Shown here: one piece after another, positions 39,401-53,400 of the stretch
Numbering within the stretch: position 1 is the stretch's first letter
Layout of the letters: the number at the start of each line of letters is the position of its first letter
Origin: Iphione sp. A-MEVVRFRX5
Lineage: Eukaryota
Assembly (NCBI GenBank): GCA_976226885.1
Contig: OZ320313.1
Span: 57,722,001 to 57,786,000 of the forward strand
DNA length: 64,000 bases
Reading direction: 5' to 3'
The notes under the pieces: model-generated
Told to the model about the DNA's origin: nothing
The model's input: only the letters and a program-made list of their open reading frames with translations
Database searches by the model: none
Translations under genes and position numbers: made by a program

Positions 39401-39959
39401 GAAACCTCCATAGATAGTCATTCGTCACTCTCGTCTATTTTGCCTCAGAAGGCAAAGGATGGGAAGGATGCCGCCCCACCGGCCGCTGGGACCCTCTATA
39501 CAAGGTTCCTTCCCCCTATATTCTCAAACCTACACCAGGCTCCGTCTCTGGCGTCGAAAGGTTATATACAGTGGGGTCTCGAGTAGTAGCCCTTCTACCC
39601 TCAAGCTACGAAGGCTCGTTCTCTCTTGTTTCTCATGTGCCTTTTTCATCTTATTGATCGATTGTATGTCAGCCGCCAACTCTTATACCGAGATTCAGTC
39701 CGCTAAGTACGACAGGCCAAGTGGTGGAGGCCCCTAAAGTGACTAGGCCGGTGTATGCCTGCTGTAAGACAATTGCACGATTGAAGTCCTCTGTGGCTGG
39801 CGATATACACGAAGGGTTACTTGTAAAGAAACTAATCGGTCAGAACGCGGTACATTGCACTATCATTCCTTAAAATGCATCAGGAATTTTACTCTAAAAT
39901 CGGGACCATGTAGGACAGCAACAAGAACGTCTTAAAATTTCTTCTGTTGCATTTTTTGC

Positions 39960-39978
39960 ATATATATATATATATATA
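39960..39978. repeat. (TA)n microsatellite
   Basis: Read directly from the sequence. Confidence 0.9.
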
Positions 39979-40190
39979 TCTATTGTCCATTATTGTGGAG
40001 CCTGATGTTGACGGTGGTTAGGAACCACTCACATGCATCAACATGCCGACATGCGATTGCAAACTACATGCTTGTAGAGCCCCTTCATATGTCTATGTCA
40101 CATGACATGCTCCAAGGGCACTTGAATGTCAACATAAGGCTGTACATATAGTAAACATATAGCATGAACGCGAGTCTGGTACTGCAACTG

Positions 40191-40245
40191 AACAGGACAA
40201 GACAAGACAGGACAAGACAGGACAGGACAGGACGGGACAGAACAG
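40191..40245. repeat. (GACAG/GACAA)n pentamer repeat
   Basis: Read directly from the sequence. Confidence 0.92.
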
Positions 40246-41140
40246 TTTTGTACGCGCGGGACAAATAAGTGAACATTCAGACACATAATACACGAGGAAC
40301 AGACCCGATAATAACCTTTGCCGTCTAGACTACCATCAGAATAAAAGGACCCCGTTAAACAGTCCTTGTCATATATAACAACACTAGACAAATTTCAGTT
40401 AAAGCTTCAGGTATAAAAGTATGTGCATATATCTTGGCGTGTTCCTAACCATCCTCTTTTACATAACATCTAGATACAGCGTATCTTTGAAATGCTATGG
40501 ATCACTGATGACCTGTGAGCGCCTCATGAATACATTTTTTCCTGATATCTTTCAAGCCATCCCATAATTTGCGTACAGTCACTATTTATATTGAACTCAT
40601 CTTACATATAATCTTTCCAGCTGACTAATAAAAGTAGCCGTATCAACATTCGGATCAGCCAGCGGTAACTAACGTTCAGGAGCTTCAATTTCCTAAGCAA
40701 TGGTTAACATATATCGTAGCTATACGGTTTAATACCCCCTCTTGTCCATGGTTAAAATATAACAATGCAGGGTAATAGTTTTCGGACAGAGGCCATGGGC
40801 AGCGAGATGACAGTTGCGGGGATGAGTTGGACGTTCGACAAGCGACCCTTCCGGTGCCAGGGCGGGGCATCAGGACGACACAAGGCATTCGTCGATAATA
40901 TAGAGGAATCCAGCCATATTTGCCAGCAATTTGCATTCATCCCTTCCATTTCTAAAGGGAATATCAAATACGATACTCCGTAGAATAGGTCACGGTGGAT
41001 AAACCACACGGTAAAAAGCAGGCAGAATGGGTGACCGGGCGGAAGCATATCCTCTGCTGTCTCCTTCGAGGTTGATGTAGTTATATCATGTTGAACATGA
41101 CCTGACTGAAGCTGCTACTGCTGCTAGGCGAACGACCCCT

Positions 41141-41175
41141 ACTCACTCACTCACTCACTCACTCACTCACTCACT
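41141..41175. repeat. (CACT)n tetramer repeat
   Basis: Read directly from the sequence. Confidence 0.95.
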
Positions 41176-44100
41176 AGCCCACTCACTGTCTGTCTCTGTC
41201 GACTCATAATTCATTATCCGTAAGAATGCTGTCAAACTTCTTAAATATCCCACCTTTCAACCTATCTATATGTATATCTATCTATTCAACAAGATGAGGT
41301 TAGTGCCGCCATACAACACACTGCTTGCTACTCGTTTAGATTGATATCGTTAATGTAATTATAACATCACATCTTCGCTGATGTCACAATATATTTGAAA
41401 AGATAATTTGAAGAGGTTAAGTAATAGAAATTATCTTATCTTACGAGACAGCTTGTGTATTCCATTTCTGCGCACACTATGAATAATGTAGCACCGAACA
41501 TATCTTCTACTATTATATGAAATAATGACAACATAATATGAAAACATTTAGACATTGGACTCTTACAGTGGAGGAAATCTAGACTCATCTTTTCACTGAA
41601 CTTTATACCAATAGTGTAATGATTGCTTTAGTGTGATTACGAGACAATTTAATCATCAAGTTAAATATACCCAGCTTTATCCAAGGTTTCAACTCTTCAA
41701 GCGTCGGTGTTGAAACTGGGCCGTTAGGTTTAGCTGGCACAATCCTCTGTGAGCACTGAACCAGCATATTCGTTTTATCTTTCTAGTTCATTAACTTACA
41801 GTGAGGACAGGTGGGTGTTATGTATGGATTCTGAGATAGCCTGTCATTTCCTCACCGCTATCTATAACTTACATTGTGCATACACTACAGGTAAACTGAT
41901 CATAGAATATATCGATGTATCCTGAGCGTGAAAAGATTTAAAGAAATAATTATTCAAATTAAAGGCTTTTCCATTAATATAGCCTTTTCCTCTCTTTCTG
42001 GGCCTATTAGACACGTCGGATGACTCCCATATTCTGAATGTAAAACGGTCAAGGACTACCGTGTTCAAATCAAACTATTGGTATGTAGGCGTCTCAACGT
42101 GGAATAAGCTTCCACAAGAAATAAAAGCAATGAAATATCTAAAGCAGTTCAAATCTCACCGTATCAGAATGTCAACTTAAGTTGGAGAATGTTTTTGTCT
42201 AGTCTGCCACTATTTCTCACGTTTTGGTAATTTAATTGCACTCATATATTTTCTTAATTATTTCTTGATTTACTCTTTCTTTTCATATTCTTCTTCTTGC
42301 TCCAATGGGAGAACTTTTGTACACCAATGTATGAAAGAAGTGTGAATAAGCGAATTCAATTCAATTCAAACAGTATCAACTCTTTAAGGACCCCGTAAAA
42401 GTAACCTTTTTAGGTTGAAATTGGAAGTTAAAACGTTTTTTCCTCTGGTACCTATTATTTTATAGTAAGTGCTGTCTTGTGATATATCAGAACAAAGCTT
42501 GGGAGCATACGTCTGAAATAATTATCATTTAATTCCTTGGGTGCCATGGTAACAGGACAAGATTAAGAACTTTCATAAAAACCCTATTAAATTTACACTA
42601 TTTTGTGAATTTAGTCATAAATCTGTGACAAATATTAGATTAGCAGAGAGGGTTACAATTGAAATATAGATCAAGTGATTGATAATGTTTTGAGACATGG
42701 AATATTTTTATACATGCAAATGAAAGGCATCAGATTTTATCATGGTCTGAGTTGTTATAGGTTCGTTGCTAAAGGTAACATTAGTTACGCCACTGATGCA
42801 GCAATAGCAACTTTAGAAACCTCACAGTTGTAATAGAAATGGAACTTAGTCGGCAAGTAGCTGGACAAGTAATGACTATATGTATCATTTATAAATTCGT
42901 TAACATTTAATGAGAGGTGCGTGCATTCTTGTTTTAAGCAGTATGGTGTTGCCCTGAATGCTAAACGTAGGAAGCGGTAATGATGAAGATAAACATAAGC
43001 CACCAAAATATGCGCCATTAAGCTAAACAACATAGCGGAATAAATGACAGATATTATCGTCTATTGTCATTTACACTAGCTTAGGATGGGGTGTGCGGCA
43101 ACGATTAACATCTTTCAGCATAACACTGCTGAAATAGTATGCATACTGCTGCGCCTTCGTATGGTATGCACTGCTAGGATACCGGATAAGATTTAGCATT
43201 TAAATTATGCCTATACAGTAGGTCTGCCTTGCTACCACTGCGCACCCGTCACGTGCGATTACGATGTGAATCTACAGGAAAATATTTCCTATCATGAGAT
43301 TCACACATACAAAAATTAAGAGCCTAAAGATAAAGTGATTCATCGTTGCTTTGGTTAGAGTAGAGGAGCAGAAAGAATTAATATTGTTTCTAAAGTAAAC
43401 TGATTTTCCCTTTAGAATTTTACGCACATATCATGCCGCCTGTAATTGTGTGACTAGCTGCAGGAAGCTTCTGTTAGATGTGGTTACCAACATCGGATAG
43501 CATTAAAGGTCGAAATGTAACCTCGTCCTGTACTTGAACAAAATTCACAAGTTGAAAGTAATTAGCAGCATAATAACTTATCGCTTGTTTGAAACAGTCG
43601 CACGGTGGTTTGTGGCAGTAATTAACGCCTATGTCTTCCCTCATTTGATGTTAATATATGATTGATAAAACTTCATATCAAAAATGGCTACGTCTCGATT
43701 CCTTATAGGGGAGTTGAGATGTGTTTTGTAGGTAAAGTTTCTATTTAATGGGGATCAACTTAGGAGCAGAGTACTGATATAATCAAATTTACCATGGCAG
43801 AGGGATAGAATTGCTTACTATGAGAGAAAAAAACCATGAAATAGTGAAGAAAGACGATGGAAGAGAAAGACATACACACGCAAAGTGTGCACATGTATAT
43901 GGACTCGCGTGTTTTTATTTTCCTTGAGAAAGAGAGCTTTGGGAGACCAATATTCACTTCTAAAATGGCCTTAAGGTCCTCGGCTTTTCTTGGAGGGTAG
44001 CATGTTGTAAAAGAGAAGAAAGAAGGATAGCAAGAAGAATGTAGGATAGGTGAATATACAGAGAGAGTGAGACCAAGCGAGGAGAGAGAGATGGGAAATA

Positions 44101-47100
44101 GAAGGACAGGACAGAGATAGAGGGGTAGAGACTGGGGGAGGGGAAAGGTATGGATTGCAAAACAGGGATAGAGAAGGAGTCGCGTAAGCTCAAAATAAAG
44201 AATAACTCTCTAAGATCAATTTCCCAGTACAAGCACCAAATACGTTCGTTTAACTTAAATTACACTGTTTGCCGCTCATACTCAGTGGGTTCAACCTGTG
44301 ACGATACAATGACGATTTTTTTAAATACAGGCATGAGTTTGCCACAATGACCCTCTCTCTCTCAACTTTATCTTGAAGAGACGTGGCTCTATGAGAGAGG
44401 AAATAGAGGTCTCGGTAAACTTAGGGAGGAAAAAAGTACCCGTCTACTTATATTCCTATATCATACTGGGAATATACTGCTACATTTTCATGGAGTTTTC
44501 GTCTTGAAGGAAACATAAAAAAATGTCATGTCTCTTTTCTAAAGTGAGAGACTAAACAGGAAGGATTAAAATAAAGTTGATTAGGGTTCGCGGACTCTCA
44601 GGAATGAACTGCTGGCCGCACTATTTTAACTCCAGTTCCGGCAGCCGTTTTCATAAGGCAGTGTAACCAGCATGGAAACTTGCTCCAAGCCAGTATTTGA
44701 TGTCGTATCACGTTCTGGCTTATTCCCATGTCGGTCATACAATATGAAGGATACCATGAGTAGGACCACCAAAGACGACACATATTAACATAAAGTTGTG
44801 GTTGATAGAAGCTACAAAGAATTATTTGCAATTTGTTTATACCGCCATTATGGCTGTGAGATGAGGAGTATCCTGACGCATGCACCAATTCACATATCTC
44901 CTTTGGGACTATTGCTCCGCCTACAACAAAAACTGCCAAACTAGCAGTGAATAATTGCTGATATATGTTCTTTAAAAAGCCGAAAGCATTTGAGTTTATC
45001 TGCAATATTTTCAAACATCTCTAGGGTTGGCAACCGTTTCAATGTTAGACAGGCTTGTATGAATATATTTCGAAAGTTGAACTTTATTACATGTATATGG
45101 CTAGTAGACTGAGATGTCCGTCATAGAGAAAAAGAAACCAGATGGTTTATGTCCTTACCAGGAACTATTCTTACTCCATGTATTTTGTCCTCCTCCATTT
45201 GAGAGAAGCCATCAACTCGGATTAATTAATGTTTTATATCGCCAGTTGTACGTAAATACCATCTGCTCTCTCCCAGAACAAACAATTCGTTCGGTCAGGA
45301 AAACCGAAATAGGCACCTTTTACGAGTCCACATTTGAACAGGCGGCAAACGTTGGCCTTCCACATATTAAAATGTAAGTACTCTATTTGGAGGCCGGCTT
45401 TCCACAATTTCCTCGATGTTACAGAGGCAGGTTCATCCGTGGGGTCCAGGTTAAAAGGCAGTATAGGGAGTGTCTGCAGCCCTGCAGATGAAACGACTGT
45501 CCCATTCATCCTTGACGGTAATCATTCCTGGCTGTAGGACGCTTAACTCGCCACTATTGCCTACAATTTGAGTGGATCAGACACACACGCACGCGCATAC
45601 ACTCCCGCAGACCCACTTACCGAAGAATACGCCTGGTGTGCACCCAAGCACACCAATATCATCACGAGGTCCTGACTCCATAGATCCCGGACATGTGACT
45701 TCCTGGGACCTAATCCACCCGCTCCGCGCCACTCTAATAACCCATAACTCCCCCCGGCTTCCGGTGACTCGCCGCCATGACCTCAATACGGACGCCACTG
45801 CATCTTAGGACGCTGGCGCAGCAATAAGCGGAAACGAACCTACGTTTGTAACGGCGTCCCATCGGCGCCTCCAGTCTCCTGTTTACGAGGAGTTATCCGC
45901 GTGGACATTGAGGCAGTGGCTGTTTCATTCTGGTCTACTTGAGGTTTTCTTATCTTTTATTCCTTTCTGCACGTCTCAGATGGACATCATTTACATAGAT
46001 CGTGGCGGATGCCGTCTTCCTTACTGTAAAACCCATTTCGACTGCTCAAGTCTATATCCGACTTTAAATAAAACATATTTCATGCAACAAAACCGATGGA
46101 AGTTTAATTTGAGAAACGTTACATCAAAAAGCAGAAACTACTGCATACTTCGCAGTCAATACATGAATCTCCCGTAGATAACTGCATGTGGATTGCTGTT
46201 GACCTTCTTTCACAAGGACATAACGCTCCTTTTATGATGCGAGGCTGGTGTAGAATCTTACTTGATCATTTGTTCTTTCATATTTGATCACTGAACCTTG
46301 CGGCTCCATAATCTGCTCACTCTCACTGAGCAGTTGTGAGCAATATGTAGGGATAAGAGGCCTGACAGACCCATACCATCCTCGCTTGGTCTTCTGCCGC
46401 TAGAGGGCTATGATGGCCGTTGTCCAGTCGTAATGCATGGTAATGCCAAGGCTGGAGAAGCCCGCAATGGGAGGAATATCCACGCCAAGTATGGAGAGAC
46501 AGAAGAAAATGAAGATAGCGGCAGTATGGAAGGACAGTGTGAGACAGATAACAAATAAAGAATAGGGACAAGGACGAAATGAAAAAACACATACCCAGAG
46601 ACAAGTCAATTTCATAATACAAGATACAGTTCGGACCAGAACCAAATATAGCAAATCAATACATTCAGAGGAAATAGGAACAAAAGAAAGGAGAACTGAG
46701 GAGAAATGAAAATTAATTCAGAAGAATGTCAAGGAAAGAGAAACGGAAAATACCTTGACATTAGATTGCAAACATGCAATACACGTATACTTACGAGCAT
46801 CTAAAAATAACATTTACTGTTTCAATTAGGAAGAGAACATCCAGTGTATGTAATTCCCTCTACCAAGGAAAAAAGTCATTTAGTATTGACGACCTCTTGG
46901 CAGCATCTCTCGTCCCTAGAGACAGCTAGTCTATCCAGACATATTCTTGCTTTGGCTCGCCCATTGGGGAATTAGCTGACAACAAAATTTACAGCGGGGA
47001 CAAACGGCAAACCGGTAATAGCCCTCGACATCGATTAATCCAGCGGTCGATCAACCACGTCAAAGATTTTTTTCTTTGTACCTTACCTGTAATACTGGAG

Positions 47101-47286
47101 TGTCTGACATATAAATGTATTTACAGTGCAATCGATGATTTTGTTCTGTGTCTGCGCCGTGCTTGGCTGCATATGGGAGGGTATCTAGACATGTACGTGT
47201 TCTTTACCGCCCAGAATGCAGGCGTCTGCAGAGCCTGCTTTGTAGGATGAAGATGACCTCGAGGCTACATCTATCCATAGGATACA

Positions 47287-47422
47287 CAGTGAAACCTCGC
47301 TATTGCGGCACTACTCAGTACCAATTAAAAAAATATATAAAATGGTTTCATTCTGTGTCAGGTAAATTTGGAATAATCAGGTTGTTGGTATAGTGAGGTG
47401 TTGCAATTGCGGGGTTTCGTTG
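47287..47422. mobile_element. Tc1/mariner (pogo/Tigger-like) MITE, 136 bp
   Basis: Left TIR cagtgaaacctcgctattgc versus right-end reverse complement caacgaaaccccgcaattgc; TA on the right flank, CA on the left. Confidence 0.7.
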
Positions 47423-50400
47423 TAGATGTTTAGTGTTATTTTGTCGGTAATCTTTTTCAACACTGCGTTCAAAAGCTGCTTGCTTTTATCCATAGGAGAT
47501 GCTGTAAGTTGCCAACTGCTTTATAAAAAAGGTACGTAGGCAACTAGTATATAACCTCTTTCTGTCTGGAACTAAGACAGAATGAGAATCATAGGCCGAA
47601 TACCCTACATAAAAATGCATTCCTATGAGAGTGAAATTTTGTGGGAATATTATTCGGCAACGCGAATCCCCACTGCTTCATATATTTGTGTGATATATTC
47701 ATATATTATCTTCATGTGGGGGAGAGGCAGGTGACAAATGACTCTCAGTGAGAGGGGAATAATAAAGAAGGTTTGCAATGCGGTGAATGTTTCTATGCTG
47801 TGCCCGTGGTTCCCACTGCCAATATCTCTCCCCGCCGCTGGCCAGCGTGTCGTTCACCCTTCATAACCACAGTGGCTGGAGCTTGGACCGTGGCTCGCAT
47901 CTGAGGGGACAGATAAAGTAGCATTGAGGCCAACACTAAGAGCCTGTGGTGATATATTAATGTGAAGCCGCGGCCAGAGTCATTCGCTCTCTCGCACCTC
48001 TAGTGCGTGTGATGGGAGACGAGGGGTTACGAGATGAGAGTGAGGTGGACATGCGGTCTGAGGCTTGCGGCCGGAGAAGGTGCTGGGTGAGGGAAGCGAG
48101 AATGAAAGGTCGGTTAGAGGGTCGAGCAAAGCGGGTGGAGAGACGGATGCTTTCCTCTAACCTGATTGGAATGTTCCACTACATCGCCACCTGACTGCTA
48201 AGTGCCATTCTAATTCCCAGCAGCGCCCCTCCGGCACCCATGCGCTCATGCGGGAGGCCCATGGGGAGCCAGGCGGTGGGATAGTTCGCAGGGGCCGGCG
48301 TAATCCCGGCGGATACACGGGCCCTGGCCCTCAGATTACCCCGGCCACGACAAGGTGCCAACGCACCCGGTAATCAACTTTAGGGTTAAACTAGAGGTAA
48401 CTTTCAGCGGGCGCATCGTCAGGGTTCGACCGCTCCGACCGGCCGAACGTTAGACGAACCCGGCCGTCATAGGAAAGGCGTCCGCGAGGATTGCGTCCAT
48501 TTGATGGAAGAGCCCCTGTTGTAGTGGGAACTCCTAATGGGCGGCGAGTGAACGAACCTGGTCGTTTTAGGTTGAGCGAATTGAAGCCCACCTGACCTGG
48601 ATGTGACATCTATCGACAAACGATGGGGACATCTACATACACAACACTTACCATCGTGTAAAAATCTGCCGCAAACAGCGACGGGATATTCAGCAGGAGG
48701 GAAATAATGCCTCCAGTCGCATCCGTCGCACGACAAGGAAACTTGGCGAAGTTGCTTCCTTCAGGCTGTATCGCCATTGCAATTTTCTCCGTTTCATCAT
48801 TGACGGCGTATACTAAGTGGTGTTATCGACGCAGGTTGCCAGACGCTCGGAGCATCACACATGTACATCCCCCTCCCTACCGCAAAAGGGCCTCAGCGTC
48901 GAACAGGGCCCGGTACCATGCATTATAAATCACGGTCCTGGTCATGTGATTGATGACGTGTGCGCCTTGTCGCCGGCGTTTGGTGGCCACTTGGATAATC
49001 TATCATTCGAACGTGAAGATGCAATATAGTGGTAGGTGCATCGTGAAACAAGCTACGAATTGGACGCTACCTTGGCGCTAAATCAGTCGACACTGACTGC
49101 GGGGCGCAAGGCGGGCCACCCTAATCGAGGCATCTTCATCAAGAGCCCCGAAGTATGAATATTCAAGCTATGGAAAGGTCGCCTGAGACCCAAGAGAGAG
49201 ACTAGGTTCTCGTGTAGTCTCGAGTACATCAAAGAAAAATAAAAATGCCCCGAGCCGTTCCTAAACTACAATAGATCGTTTATTCTGCAATGTTTTCGTC
49301 CACGTTCATGTTGAATGCTCATTTTTCAGAAGAATCAGAAATCATCATCTCTTTAGAACATTACACAGAAAAAAATCGCCTGAATTCACCATGAGCTCAA
49401 TCGCTCACAATTCCTAAGTAAACGTCCATGAAACGAATGAACTATGTAACATAGATAATTTAGATTGTTTACACAGACCACATGTATACATATATGTACA
49501 CGTTTTAAAGAATTTTGAATGGACAGTCCAACTGTAGTGTTTGAAGCACAGACGTATAATAATTTTAATATTACCTAACCTACTTTGGGAGTATCAGATT
49601 TATATAGGCTAATATACGTCGCCGTTGTCAGAAACATTTTTAAAGATCTTAAATGAAAATATTTCTGACAAATCACTTTGGCCAACGCGAAGAGAGTCAC
49701 AGAAAACCGAGATCTCCATCTACCTGTCAAGAGGGGATGTAGTTCGGAAAAAGCACATATCATAAAATACGTACTGATCTGATATATAAATACATTTGTA
49801 TACACACAATATTATATACTTGATATATCAAAACACAGAGACATCCAGGCGAGACTTCTTTTAGCAAATAGTGCTTGGTGTAAGATTGTCGTGAGATATG
49901 TTTGACATTTCAAAATCAGAACATTTCCTTTATAGAGATGACCTTTAGAAGAGACAACATGGGGATATGAACTACTTGTGCATCGTAAAAGGTCCTAAGG
50001 TAAACTGCTCATAACTGTGCGCTTTTAGTAAACGTGGAGGCGGGCGTCTCGAGTAGAAGTCTGCTCCAATATATGGTAAAGGCACCTTCGGGAGCTAACA
50101 GCGAAAGGTTGGTCGCGCGGGGGTGTTGGTGGTACAGATAGCGAAGGGAGATAAGGCGGGGTGCCATTGGAACTGAAGATAACGTAGTCATACCAACAGC
50201 GCCAGCGTCGGGTGTATGCAACATGGACTATCTAGGGCGGACTTTGAGCCGCCTGACTGCCAGCCCGAACTGCTGTCAAGTCTCATGGGAGCGTATCGTC
50301 CGCCGTCGGACAATACGTGATTGGATGCTCGTACTTATATAGCGGCAGCGTACATAGGACATGTGGCCACCCTCTTCAAGTACCACCCGCCTGCCTGCAA

Positions 50401-53400
50401 TATAATTCTATCTCGATCACCATTTTCCTCCTGCCTACCGCAAGGAAGTATCCACCTGCCCTGACAGCCCACTCCAAAATGTGTCATTTCCAATTTTGAT
50501 CAACCGACAACGCTCCCCCTCATGAGCAGCTCGGACCGCCGTCAAGACGACGACGGCGTGTGAGACTCAGCAGTGGGTGGCGGCCGCCGACTGGGCAGGG
50601 TGCCAGCCGTCCAGCCGCCGGCACCGCCACCTTCCCCACCGATGGCCGCTCTTATCTCGCCCGCCCCAGCAGCCTACTTCTTCGGTCGTCGACTAAAGAG
50701 CCTTTTGATGGTCGCGGCTAGGGGCCGCCCGCCTGCCGCCCACATCGATCAGACGTCCCGCGAGCAGCTCCCACATATAGGATGCATCATATGTTTTGTA
50801 TTCATTGCGGTCATATTTTCCGCACGCTTCCTTCTCTGCAGTCGTATGCAGCGCTTTGTTTCATCGCCACAGTCCCGAATAGATGCCCGGAACCCATCGG
50901 GGACGCAACTTGAAATTACATACGCGACCGGCGAATGGAGACAAGGCGGGTCTTATTCGCGTTCTTTTTGTCACACGTTACATAGCCGAGTAGGGAAAAC
51001 TATTCGTTTACAGACCGTATTAAATGATCACGCATCACAATACTGGGAGGCATACGGAAAAAGAGGTGTCTACATGGCGAGAGAGGCGAATGTAACGTAA
51101 CTAGATAAGCGGACAGACACGTGTATAAAGATTGATTACTATGCGCATGAGGAGAGTAATATAACGGCATCTCACATGGTCAGTTCTGCGTCCAGAACAT
51201 GCACCACTTAGGCATGCGTGAGAGATTTTTGACGTAAAAAGTTGGTTATTTAGTTTGTGAGTGCACGGCGTCCAGCATCTATACATATTTGAGAATGTGC
51301 GCGTTTGTATATTGGTACGTATTGATGCTGTCGGGATAGAATCACGCACTGGTGAGTAGGAGTGGGCTGACATGTTTCGCCCTTGTGAGGGCGTGGGAGC
51401 TGCTGAGTGAAGGAGGAAGTCAGCGGTCGGGCGGAGCAAGGTCGGCCTCCTTCATAGCACGCACCTCGTCTCGCCTACCAATGAAGCGAGCCATCCTCTC
51501 AGCAAGACCACATAAAGCTGTGAACTCCCATACCACAGACGTTTCAATACGACTCCACTAACCGCAGCCATGGCCTAAGGCCAAAGCGGACAGGGCAGTA
51601 CGCTCTTGTTGAATACATTACCCTCTTTTACTCTTCGAGACGTCTCTCTCATACGCAAAAGCCATTTACTATCATACGAGTGGTAAAAGACGTTCACTGT
51701 TTGCTTTCTGCTGAATCACGAATATAGTGGGTCCATATATGAATCAACGTAGTCTTCGGCGTAGGAACTGTGAGTAGTATGTAAAAATGGGTCCCATAAT
51801 CTAAGAACTTTCTTGCATACATTGTATTCACTTCCTTATCAAGCAACTCACCATATTGTATATATATACTTATATGCCTACTAAGTGCACTTAGAATAAA
51901 ATATATTTAACTGGATTGGCTGCCGACATTAGTCTGACCATACTTTCCCTATTATGCTATTTGCTACTAATGGCATTAGGTGTTGCCAACGATGCACTCT
52001 GGCAGTAACACGATATATTGGCAATCGCCATCAACTGGATACTATGTGAGGATGTTTCTTGTCGACATTTACTTTCATTGAATACATGTATAAGTATACA
52101 GAATTTAACTTTATTCATCACGAACTTTTGTGGAATGCAGGGAGAATGTGTTTACTCCAACCGCATGATTTCAGTGAGCGATGCCTTACCAATTACACCA
52201 TGCCGACTGGTGAGGATACTTGATCCCAAACCAACACGTTCCATTGAAGTGTCTTCTAAAAGTTGACTGATTACGACTGGATGGCTGGGGCCCAGTAAAG
52301 GGGGCATTGCTCCCGTCTTTGAAGGATCAATCTTTGCCGGCGGAAATGAATCGTCTTGGTAAAATTGAATAGTGTTTTTGGACCGTATCCAACCACTGCC
52401 TTACCAGGAGAATCAATGCACCGATGCTTACATGCTGGTACCCTTGGTGATCCAGCTACATACGCTGGAGGTTTCTAAAGGTCCCTCAAGTCTAGCAGGC
52501 AAAGGCAGCAGCGTGTCGGGACCCGCTCGCCTCGTCGTCGCCGATCCATATCAATTCCAAGTTCTGCAGACCATCCTCGTCGCACAGGGATGATTCAATC
52601 AAGAATAGGCGCGGACCAGTTCTTGTAGCCGGCATCTGCCCTTACAAAGCTGCGTACCTCCTAGCCGGTCAAATCCTACGCCGAATTTGTTGTCGCATGA
52701 TGCGAATTCACCAATCACCGGCTGTCTCCAGTTCCCACCTCTGCCAATGCTACGTCCATGTCCCGGCCTTGAGAGCCTTGCGGTAATGAAGGTTGGGAAA
52801 GGGTAGCGATTTCATAGCCCCGCAAGGTACAGTAGCCGTCCATCAGGGTCTGTTTGGATGTGTGTGTGTATGTGTGTGCGCGTCTGTGTGCGGGTCGGGG
52901 CCGTCCATCTGACGGGAGGGAGGTGAAGATGGGCCACAAGCCCCCTGTTGGTCAGCGGTTAGTTCGCTGGAGGTAAACGGGTGGCCCTGGTAAGGGAGCA
53001 AGAACCTTCATTACCCAAAGCCTCAAGCTTGCCAACACTCAGGGCAAAAAGTTATGGCACGCCGGTGATTTAATATTATCGCCTGCGAGCTGAACGGGCG
53101 GTGCACTAGCGACGCCGGAGCGTGGATGGCACGCCATAGCCTTGAGGCAAATTGATACAATTCCATAGCGCAAACTCCATTAGACCACTTTGCTCAGCAC
53201 TCGGCTGTTCATGGGAAAAACCTCGATACAGAAAATGGACAAAAAAGGCATAGACTGACTGGACAGTCCCAGGGGATTTGGTCCTCTGCGCCTAGGAGCA
53301 GAAAAGACAAAGTGGCAGAGAGGGAGCCATAAAAGGAAGACATTGAAGCGACACTATGGTGCAGAAAGTGGATCACGGAAACATGTATGGTCAAACAAAG

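Noticed and set aside
41873-41884. 12-nt microexon candidate (tag|TGTATGCACAAT|gtaagt)
   Set aside because: No extra support; it shows the chance rate of such patterns in a 27-kb intron.
45620-45797. Open phase-1 exon candidate
   Set aside because: The acceptor lacks a polypyrimidine tract and the peptide is not informative.
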